A model generated the notes under the pieces. The model was not told the DNA's origin. It searched no databases and saw only the letters and a program-made list of their open reading frames with translations. Of a DNA stretch of 64,000 nt, positions 11,682 through 22,497 are shown piece after piece; position 1 is the first letter of the stretch; each line of letters starts with the position of its first letter. Source of the DNA: Hydrolagus affinis (taxonomy: Eukaryota); contig JAAILG010000467.1 in NCBI GenBank assembly GCA_012026655.1, positions 1-64,000 on the forward strand. Direction: 5' to 3'. Made by a program: the position numbers and the translations under genes.

Positions 11682-12000
11682 ATAATACTAATAATAATCA
11701 TTGCATTTGATATAACACTTTCCGCAGCTTCTAGACATCTCAAACTGCTTCACAGCATATACTGTAAAGTGAATTGACTGTATATTTTGTGGGCGAAATG
11801 TGGCAGCCAATTACACACAGAAGTATCCCACAAACCATCATGGAATGAAGTGATCAATATATTATTGTGTTTTTTTCTTGAGGGATTATTATCAGGCATG
11901 TGGAGTAAGAAAACTTGTTCAAGGTATCGTCCTGCCTGGAATTGAAACCAGGTCTCTTGCTTGCAAGGTGAGTGCTCTAACCATTGAGCTACAGGACTCC
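11682..12000 (-). mobile_element. tRNA-derived SINE (SINE2-1_CM-like), full length
   Basis: Head ggagtcctgtagctcaatggttagagcactc..ttgcaag..ggtttcaattcc (A and B boxes), conserved body, (TTA)n tail. Confidence 0.92.
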
Positions 12001-12315
12001 TCAATTTGTATCCTATGCTTGAAAAAGTATGAATATTGAATTAATTATTAGTTGTCGAATTGTTCAGATTACAATTGAAAACCTTCCTCTTCGACCATGC
12101 CTATGGTCAGCTTCCATTTACTCTGGCTTCAGATCAAACTACTCCATTGATAAGCGCTCTGAGTTGCTACTCCATGTACTGAAGAAATGCAAGTTATTGT
12201 TGAATTTGGGCAGTTGATATATTCATTAGGAATGTAAAGATCAGGCTAATAGTTTCAAATATCTTTCTCTTGTTCTAATCTTATGCAGACATATGCAAAT
12301 ATGTACATATGGAAT

Positions 12316-12547
12316 AAAACCAGAAGTTGCTGGAGAAACTCAGCAGGTCAGGGTCAGGCAGCATCCATGGAGAAAGGAAAAAGAGTGAATGTTTCGGGTC
12401 TACAACCCTTCATCAGAACTGGGGCTTGTAGACCTGAAACGTTGACTCTTTTTCCTTTCTCCATGGATGCTGCCTGACCTGCTGAGTTTCCCCAGCAACT
12501 TCTGTTTTTGTTTCAGGTTCCCAGCATCTGTAGTAATTTGTGTTTTG
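12316..12547. mobile_element. Fold-back Penelope-like terminal repeat, copy 3
   Basis: Near-perfect inverted arms (cagaagttgctggagaaactcagcaggtca.. / ..tgacctgctgagtttccccagcaacttctg). The minus strand carries CTGATGA-A-GGGTT-GTA-GACCC-GAAA at 12384-12420. Confidence 0.8.
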
Positions 12548-14409
12548 TACATCTAGACTGTTGCTAATATACTTTAATTATTCAATATTCATAACAGTGA
12601 GTCACTTAAAGGGAAAATAGCTTAGTAAAGAGTTACCAGGTGTGGAAGGTTAGGCATATGTATAAATACATAAATAAATGCAGCGAGGATGTTGACAGCA
12701 TACTGACTTAAGTGGTAGTAAAAAGTTATCAGGAGTTTAATGTAGCTTAGGACTAGTAAGAAGCAGTAATTGTGTCTTATGGTTAATTCCAGTTACACTT
12801 CAGGCCCACTTCGATGCAATGCCTAGAATAGTCATTTTGAGTGACAATCCATCGCTAATAGTACTCACTCCCAATTACTTTCATTATGGGTTGAGTTCAA
12901 GTAAGGATTCATGTGAATTCGTGATTAAAAACATTGTGTAGGTGATTAACTGCGGGAGGTATTTAGTTCAAAAAATATTAAAGAGACAGAAATCCGATTG
13001 CCTGACTACCGCTAAACAGACAAATATCAGTCCAAAGGACCACCTACTTTTAAAACCTTTTTATTTATACATGTTTAAAAAACACAGAAATATTCCTTTT
13101 GTCGTTTGCTGGAGTAAAACTGGATCCTACCTCAGCCACTCATTCACATGTTTGAATCGCAAAGCTACTACCTTGAAGTGGGTTCTGGAGTGCGACTGCA
13201 GATTAAATTATGGCCACTTTTAGGAGCAAGTGAGCGCAAAAACGCAATGGGTCAACTGAATCCTTATAGTGTATAGGCGTTAGTATTAACATACATATAA
13301 TATGTAAATATATAGTGATCCCTATCTTTTGCAGGGGTAAAAAAAACAGTAAGATTTAATCCAAATCTAACATACTTTCATACCACCCTCAATAGACATA
13401 GCAGAACCAGACCAAATATTGTAAATCATATTACAATTCTTATTTTTGAGGTAAGTGTTCTTTCGAAACGTTGCTTTCCCGATAAATCAGTGCCGAACGG
13501 GTTAAACGCGAGACCTTCGTTCTTTACTATTCTCATTTGACAGCAGGAGTCCAGGTCAGGTTTCGAGCACAGATCTGAGTCACCAGCAGGGAGGTGGGGG
13601 TTGCTATACAAAGCCAACGCCTTAGACTTATTCATGTGGGTTTCCCTTGATTTACCGAACCTTAAAATGAGGGGGGGAAAAAATTACATTCCCAACAGCT
13701 GAACACAAACACGGTGTCAACCATGTTTCACCATTTTTCACTTGGCCGACGCCAAGTGAAAAATCCTGTTTCTCGATGTAAAAATATTCAAAGTGGAGAA
13801 AATATTCTCCCCCCACCCCCCCCACCTCCCACCACCACCTCCATCGATCAAATCCCACCAGATTGCAAGCAAGCAAGAAAAAAAAATGGATGAGTCGATT
13901 CCTGCTCTAATCTCTTTGAAACGAAACACACACCAGTTCGCCCAACAAAAACCTACCCAACCAGAGTAGCCTGGTGCCTGTAATTAACCCTGTGTGTGCC
14001 CTGCAGGTTTCCATTGGAACATAACGTTCTGTAACAACCAGAATAATACTTGTAAAATCACACCGATTGAAGTCTCAATGCTGCAATAACGTTTACTGAG
14101 ATACAGCAATGAGCAAATCGTGCAAGCTTTGAATATGATTGATTATCATGGCAATGGATCATACTGATGTGTGTATATAGATATACATACTATATTCCGT
14201 GCGAATATATACCAGTGAAGAGTGAATTGTGATTCATATTTCGAGGCATTTATTCCAATATAATTCTTTTGAGAGGCGCCAGGACATCTTTTTGAGATCG
14301 TGTTTGTATTAATATTCCATACGAAATTATTTAAAGGACTGGCATAAAAGTTACTGACAGGAATATACATATATATATATAGATATATATAGTGTATATA
14401 TAATATATT

Positions 14410-15070
14410 CAAGGCTCATTGGTCAATATTATTTCATGAGCGTTGAAAGTTCATTTCGCTTCACTTGTCCGCCTTGATGGGAGTGCCATCTTTATATGGA
14501 ATTGACATTTGTACAATGGTATGCTGTTTGTATCGTTACATAACTGCGATTTCTATTTTTGCTGTTTCTTGTAGCTGAAAAGTAACGCGGAAATTAATAT
14601 TGTTTTCTTCAAGAATTCTTTAAGACCGCGGTCTAATTGCTTGTTTGGTGTGTTTTTTTTGTCTCAGTGAGGCTGTTTTCAACCACAGGGGTCTAATCCT
14701 CAGAAATCAGCGGCTGAGATTCAAAACAGCTCCAGTAATTAGAAAGTGCGCTATTTGTAGCCACTTGCCATCGCATTAATATGCAAAGCAGGAGTCAGCT
14801 AATCTCACAAAACCGTTTGTTTCTTTAATTGCCCTCTTAGGACAGAAGTAGAAAAGGGGGGTTGGGGTGAGGGGGGGTGAGGGGGGGGGGGGGGGTGTTC
14901 GAATTACGTAAAAGGGAAAGCGCAGTCTCGTCGAAAAGTATTGATTTTCCATTCTTTACGAATATCAGCCGCTTCCATATGAAATAATTGCTGCCAATCT
15001 ATACATAGATTATGGCACCCAGGCATTCTGTCAACTCCATCCGTAATGCTCTGTGTTTATTACTATTACT
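14410..15070. promoter_or_regulatory. Candidate developmental enhancer (homeodomain/POU/SOX motif cluster)
   Basis: TAATTG 14634, TAATCC 14694, TAATTA 14736, CACTTG 14762, GCATTAATATGCAAA 14773-14787, TAATCT 14800, ACAATGG near 14513. Confidence 0.45.
14856..14895 (+). repeat. G-run tract (potential G-quadruplex)
   Basis: Four G-runs of 4-15 nt separated by 2-3 nt loops. Confidence 0.8.
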
Positions 15071-15612
15071 GTTATTATTTTTGCAAAATTAATTTTCAGA
15101 CTAAAATAACCTCATCATCGGCAACATTTGGAAATGACAGAATAAGGGGGAAAGGGGCTGTTATTTACATGCAAGACACATTAAAAATGTAAGGCGACGT
15201 TATTATTTGTCGGATAAATAATACATTCGAAGCCATCCCAGTCGATCCGGTGTGCTTTCTCTGCGAATCTGTACCCATCCGCATTAGAGGGCATCTTAAC
15301 GCTGGTGCGGGTTATAAAGATCTTAACCGAAGAAAGACGAGTATTATTACATATATTTGGAATGAACGAGGGCTGAAGGTTGTTGAAGGAGAAGCTGAGT
15401 GGCTAGGGCTGCTCTCACAGCTAAGGCCTCTGTGAGCGACTTAAGAAATCACAGCCATTTCTGACATGTCACCTCGTGCAGAATAACAAAATATAAACCT
15501 CTCCTTCCATATCTGCGACAGTGATGCTCGGGTCCTTAACACGACTGAGAAACGAGGGTTATACAGTCAATTTCGAGTTGTTTTTATTTCCAGTAAGGGT
15601 TTATTTTTGAAC

Positions 15613-15916
15613 GTGTATGTGAGTGTGTATGTGAGTGAGTGTATGTGTGTGTGTGTGTGAGTGTGAGTCTATGTGTGTGTGTATGTGAGTCTATATGTGT
15701 GTGTATGTGAGTGAGAGTCTATATGTATGTGTGTGTGAGTGTATGCGTGTACGTATGAGTGTATGTCTGTGTGTATGTGAATGTGTACTTGTGTGTATGT
15801 ATATGTATGAGTGTGTGTGAGTGTATGTGTACGTGAGTGTGTGAGTGTATGTGTACGTGAGTGTGTGTGTACGTGAGTGTGTGAGCGTGTATGACTGTAT
15901 GTGTGTGTATGTGAGT
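15613..15916. repeat. Complex (TG)n/TGTA/TGAG low-complexity repeat
   Basis: Direct reading. It is the source of the His/Thr-rich ORFs on the minus strand. Confidence 0.95.
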
Positions 15917-18900
15917 GTTTCTTTGTGCTGTGGCATGGCATGGGGTCCCGAGCGGAAGCCGTGTGAGACTACATCCTCCAGGTGGTCTCACACCTCAGGG
16001 GGAAACGCCGAATCCAAGTGACTTGGGCACAGTATATACAGCTCATCTTACATCACTGCCGACCCCCCACCCCCCCGCCCTTCCCCTGGTATCAACACAA
16101 TATGTGCAACCTATCTGCACCACCCCCCCCCCCCCACCTCCCCTCCCATCCCACCCCATCCCTGTCAAATGACTTCCATTTCACATCTGAGGAATGATAT
16201 GTACTGTATGTATATCGAGAACATATTATATTGACATCTATATTGTTCTAAGACGTGACCAATATCTTATATTTAGAACATGGTTGAATGAAGCTCCCAC
16301 TAATTTACTGTCAACTTGACACACAATGGCAGCCTCTTTATAAGGAACACCTGGAGGAGGCAACCGGAAAGTGTGCTTTATCCTGTTCAGCAAACGGCGC
16401 ACACAATACAATACAATACAATATAATACAACACACGATTCACGGCTGAAACCAATTCACCGCGTTCCCAATAACAGGTTCCCATTAACCTGTGTGCACT
16501 GCAGCTTCCCCGACACTTCATTCACAGACTGTGTTTAACTCGTCAGTTCTTCCTTAAAATGGCGCAAAACACATTTGTGGTTCTGAGTGTTATTATATTA
16601 TTTAAAAAACCAAACCGCAGACAGAAAGCGAGTGTTACAGTGTTTGGTGTGTGTTTGATCACATTTACTTATATAAACAGTTACGGTTCTTTCCTCGATC
16701 CCTATTGATTCCACTGACATCCTTTTGTTCGCCAGGACTGCGCTCAATGGCTTCATTATTGCAACGATGGGAATCGGTTTGAATTAAAACTGGTAATGTT
16801 TGCACAAACTCATAACAGCGTCTGTGTGCTGTCTGCCAGCCAAGAGGCCCTCCACCAATCATTATAAATACTCCAATGTGCTCGTGGGATAATAACGTGT
16901 TTCTGGATTTTTAATTGTCATTATATCTCATTTTTTTGAATAATTAATCACAATATGATGCATTCTGTATTGAAAACGGGTTGCTTCGGTTTACAGTGTG
17001 TGTTTCACTCTCTCAAGCTCTCTAATGATAATACGCCACATAGGTACACAGCGCTGTTGGGTGTAAATGAATATTATCCCGTAATATGAACGGATCAGGC
17101 CGTTTAAGGGATTTTTTATCTATTTATCTAATAGATGTGATTAGATGTCTGAAAATTAAAACACTTATCATGTTCAGAAAGTAGCGACATATTTCAATTC
17201 CCTCATAAATTATGCGCGCCTTCGTAGACAGTGGATTTAATGCCACGGTTGTATCAAATAAAATATAGTATTTCGCAAATGATTCGTTTTCTTGTAGGTT
17301 ATCGAATCATATATTTGATTTTTTTTTAAAATACACTTTAATTTCGCAGTTAATTTCAATCGCCGTGAGTGAATCCTTCCTCCTTCATACAAAAAAACTG
17401 CAATAGTCAATGTCCAACTTTTTGGAGTAATTTTAGAGGGTGAATATATTCGTCTTGTTTAAAAACTACTACATTGATTAAACACTTCCAGAATTGTTTG
17501 AACTCAGCCCTATTCCGCCGCTGGTATAGTTTTACAAACAGTACATTATTGAGTTGCATCCTCTGGATTTGATAAACAAAAATGACGTGAGATATTGTGT
17601 AGAAATCACTTTGCTACGTTTGGCCTTTTTTTTTCAAATCCCGAGTGGGAATTAAGTTCAAGTTTTAAAAGCTAGGTCATAATTATTTATTACAATCAAC
17701 AATGAACTGAGCCACATCAAACAATTTCCAAAACTCTGTAGGAAAAACGAATAGTAAATATATCACCACAGTCCGGAATAATAGTAATTGCTTAGTGATC
17801 TGTAATAGTGGGCTTCCGAAACACATGCCTAAAATAAACATTTCTATCAATATTAATGCCTACACTGTATCGGGACATACACTATTTATTACAGTGTGTA
17901 CTTAAATATATGTTTTAATGACACGTAATTAGCTTATAGATAGAAAAAGAAGAAGAATGAAACAAAAATAATCCCCTACAGTAAAATAACGAACGCATCG
18001 ATTTTATGGAAATTATTTAGATCCATATAATCGGTCACTGTAAGTAATGATACTAATTTAAGAATAATATTCAGCATTATTCTCACAGCAAATTCTTTTA
18101 ATAAAGAAAAATTCTCTTAATAATTCTCTTAATAAAGAAAATTAAGATTAAAATGAACTTTGCACGCGTGCTAACTAATCACACAAAGGATTGCAAGAGA
18201 CAGGTGAAAATTCTGCCACAATGTGCAATTACGTGTAATTAGATGACATAACTTTCACAATGAGTGAAACATTTCCATTTCTATGTTCTGCCGATTATCT
18301 GCCGCTTAATTATGGAAAATAATTGTTTCCAATCGAATTTGTGTACACATTTGCACATCTTATAACTTTACACCGCCGAAGAAAGTGAGTGAAATTTGGG
18401 ACTATCCAAACATTGAACGCGGCTGATCTGCTTTTACAAGTCTGGCAATTTAAAAAAATAATATTTATTTCAAACATGGCATGATTTACGTGATGTTTAT
18501 CCACAGGGCGTTTCGAATTCATTGCTGTTATGTTGCTCAGGTCGCGTTTTATATTCTCCGCCGCCTAATTGTTCCATAATTTCTACCAATACATCTCTCT
18601 GGTACCCGGTTGAAACTTTTTGGAAGCGTTCCCCCCGCAACATCTGCATAAGTGGTAGAATATATTGCAAAAGAAAACCCACAGAAATCTATTTACGGAC
18701 TAGTGGAAAGAATTATGAGGCGACAAAAAGTAATTTGGTTCCAGAAACCGTTTATGTTGGCTGGGTTTGGCGAAAAGCTTAGAGTGAACGAAGGAGTCTA
18801 GAGAAGTGTTGTGTTTCAGCTGGGAAAATATTCTAAACAATAATTTGTCTATAGTTCTCTCCAAAACAAAATTCAGGAATGCAATCTGCTATTATTTCCG

Positions 18901-19317
18901 TTGGTAACTGTAATATAATATAGTATATAATATAGGAACAATATTTATTGCGTAAACTAGTTATTTGGGGCTAAGCAATTCTTTGATTAAACAGCGGCAG
19001 AAAGTTTCGCCATAAACTAATTTATATAGTTCACGTATAGACCACATATAGACTAAAGTAACCCTCGCTCTTTATTTCAGGTGTGAGGAAGTTTGCAACA
19101 AATGTCAAAATATTTATCAAGTAACTAAATTAGCTTCAGAGCACTTTGCTAGAATAGAAGACAACGCTAAGATTGATAAACAATTATATTTGTGCCACAA
19201 AGACTGCAAAAGAATAAAACTGATTAACGTTAACTTGCACTTTCACACACAGGTAAACACTACATAATAATAATTATAACTAATTTACTGGCACGATATA
19301 TTCAATTTGTTACCCAA

Positions 19318-19338
19318 AACACACACACACACACACAC
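19318..19338. repeat. (AC)n microsatellite
   Basis: Direct reading. Confidence 0.95.
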
Positions 19339-20479
19339 AATATAATATATATTTATAATATATTTTAATAAATTTATTATAACAAGTAAATTAACCCATC
19401 TCGATTTATTAAAGCCGAATTTTGATTCCATTCCGGAATACTCCAATTACTTTACAAACAGCAATGATTTCAGTTATGTAACTCACAGAGGTGAAAGTGA
19501 ACCTGGTTCATGCAAAAAGGAAATTGTTGATATTTTATAATAAATAGTTAGAATACACCTGTTTTGTCGTTCATTAGATACATAAATTGAGGTTTCTGAG
19601 ATTGTGTTATGTAAAAGAAAATATATAATTCGGTGTGTTTTTTTAAAAAAACTTACCAAACAAACATTTTATGGTTGAAAATTTATTTAAAAAGAATCGT
19701 ATTCAAAACTTTTGTTACAGTTTGCGGAGGCGTTGAGGATACCTGTAAAGAAACGTGCAGAAACACAAGAGTGTGCTCTTAAGTGTTTTAATTAAAGGCC
19801 TATTTAATAACAAACATTTGGTTCAGTTTCTCAATAGTTAATATATTTTACAGCACTTTTTGTTGAGAATACTGTGTATACATTTGAGGACAAACCGTGA
19901 TCACATATCTCTAAATACAATAGTTAATTTTATTGCACTTTTGATGAGTTTATAGATTCCAGTTCAGTCGCTTGACATACAGGTATTTAACATATCTTTT
20001 GATTTTATAATTTAAACATTTATTTTCCTATGAAGTGGTTTAGTATTTTGATATGTTCAAAGTGCAGAGGGCAGATATTTATATAATATCAATATATAAT
20101 AATCCTTGTTTGTATATTTGTAACAGAGTATGGTTAAACTAGTCAAATAATTCAAATCATACCATTGCTGCTATTTTTTTTCCTTAAGCTTGCAGTACGA
20201 ATGCTATTACGAAATGTTTTTTTTATTATATATAAATCCATGGCCCTGTGGAATAATGAAAACACAACACATCACCAGGAAAAATAAAGCGAGATTAAAG
20301 GAACCGAGAATCGCGTGGGTAATTCGCATCATTTGAAACTCTGCGACACTGTGTAACGATTGCAGCTGTATTATTTATTACTTGACTAAAATTGGGTTGA
20401 TTGTAATCATTGCTCAACATGATGTGGGACAACCATTTTGTAAAGCCTAACAGATCAGTCGCACACCACACCCAGCAAG

Positions 20480-21340
20480 GTTATAATTTACCGCTCCTCA
20501 GAGCAACATTAAGTGAGTAAATTGCGGGGTGGTGGTGGGGAGGGAGAGAAACGACCAATAAAGTCGTTAAAACTGCATGATTTTACTTTTGGTGATTTAT
20601 TTCAGAATTAACCTCCCAGCTTTATATATCATTTTTGTTTAATGATTTATAGCATCATATATTTTTCTCTCCCCCCCACACCCGCCCACCCCCCCTATCT
20701 AATTTCCTTAGGATTTTCTCCCCCATTCCCCGTCCAAAGCATTGCAATTGTAGAGCAGTATCGAGATAGTTCAATGCCACAACATGCAGAACGTACAGTG
20801 AGTGTATTGGCCGAGAGCTGGCGGGTGGGTGAGGGTTGGGATATGATTACATTTTATTAATGAACCAACTCATGAACAATGTAAACCCACCCAGCCCTTC
20901 TCCTTCAGTCACTGGTTAAGCAAGTTGCCTCATATCCTTCCCCCCATTTAGCTTATAGAACGGTTTCCGATGGATGGTAGCCTGGTCTTTTTAGTGACAA
21001 CATTGCCAGCTAACTGCCTTTGACAGCTCTTCATCCTTAACACGAGAGGCAAGCGAAACGCTTGTTGCTATAAAAAAAATTCTGTCCACCATTGCTCTGG
21101 TTTTGATATTGCTGCTGATCTGTGTGAACTTTTCCCTGGTTGGGGTGGATGGGGGATGCGGGGGTTGTGGGGGGGGGGGGGCGGGGGTTTCAGGGAAAGG
21201 TTTGGAGCCTTATAGGGAAAAAATAAGTTGTGGAGTCCTGATTTAGAAAGGACTTTGCATCTGTGCGTGTGTCTGTTTCCATGTTGCATCAAAAGGATGG
21301 ATTATGGCAAAGATACATTCCAGGCAACGGTCACCCGGGG
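20480..21340. promoter_or_regulatory. Candidate enhancer cluster with HOX/PBX/MEIS-type motifs
   Basis: CCAATAAA 20555, GTCGTTAA 20563, TGATTTAT 20593 and 20643, TGACAG 21021; unique and CpG-retaining. Confidence 0.4.
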
Positions 21341-22198
21341 GGGACTTGAGAACTGCAAGCTGACTGCAACATTAAAAACAGGATATTATCATGTGGCTAA
21401 TATAGCCTATATATATATATATATTGGAAATATGTTAACTAACTCCTTTTATCTGATGTATCATTTTCATTTGATTTGTTGGTAGAACATTTTGTAAGCC
21501 ACAAATGTGACTATATATGCTGTGTGTATATATATATATATATTAAAGTCTTTATTTTGAAGTTATTTAATTGAAAATATATATAGAAAAGTAACCTGGC
21601 AGATTTTCCTGGGATTCAAGAGATATCACCAGGAGAGTGAGTGACTGCTTGCCAGAGAATCGACGGATATTTATGCTGATGTTGTGTTATGATGGCTGGT
21701 GATGATATTCAAAGGTGAAATGAGTTTAGACAACTCACTTTGACATAACATCAAGGAAGAATCACGTTATGAAATGATGCTGCATAAACAATACAGAAGG
21801 TCATAGAGACTTGTACCACAAGAGGAAGTTAACATTTCTTAGTGAGAATTTTGTTTGCCGAGGTGATGGACGTAAATAGCCCTTCATGTAATGCTAGATA
21901 AGCCTTTCGCACAGATCTGCGATGTTAGCTATTGTTATTCTCTCTGAGCAACACTCCTTTCCAAATGATTCTGCTCATCTTAAACATTGGAAAGGTTCTC
22001 ATTAAATTGATGTAAAAATGATCCTAAATTAGAACTATTAGCTTCCTCTAAGCATTTCCATTTTTATATGAATAGTAACTCTCAGTAAACTAATTCTCTA
22101 ACTTTCCTTCCTCATAAAATAGCAGTGTCAGTTTATTTTAAACATTGGTCATTCACTATTTAACCCTTCCTATCTCTATTGTACATTCACCTTTTTAA

Positions 22199-22497
22199 AT
22201 AATAATAATAATCCTTGCATTTGATATAGCGCTTTCACATCTTCTAGTCGTTTCAAAGTGCTTCACAGATTATACTGTAAAGTGAATTGATGGTATATTT
22301 TGTGGGTGAAACGCAGCAACCAATTTGCACAGCAGTGACTCACAAACAGTCGGATTGAGATGACCATTTTATTATTCTTTTGAGGGATTATTATCAGGCG
22401 TGCGGCGTAAGGAAAGTTGCCCAAGATTTTCCCCTGCCTGAAATTCACCCCAGGTCTCTCGCTTGTAAGGCGAGTGCTGTAACCGCTGAGCTATGGG
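22199..22497 (-). mobile_element. tRNA-derived SINE (SINE2-1_CM-like), full length
   Basis: Tail, body and tRNA head (reverse: tagctcagcggttacagcactcgcc) all present. Confidence 0.92.

Noticed and set aside
15669-15991. His/Thr-rich ORFs on the minus strand
   Set aside because: They are translations of the (TG)n-type low-complexity repeat.
16855-16868. CCAAT immediately followed by TATAAA
   Set aside because: A 3-bp spacing is not a canonical promoter arrangement, and there is no supporting downstream exon or ORF.
21678-21752. Nested short inverted repeats resembling a pre-miRNA
   Set aside because: Stems are only 6-9 bp and separated by large asymmetric bulges.
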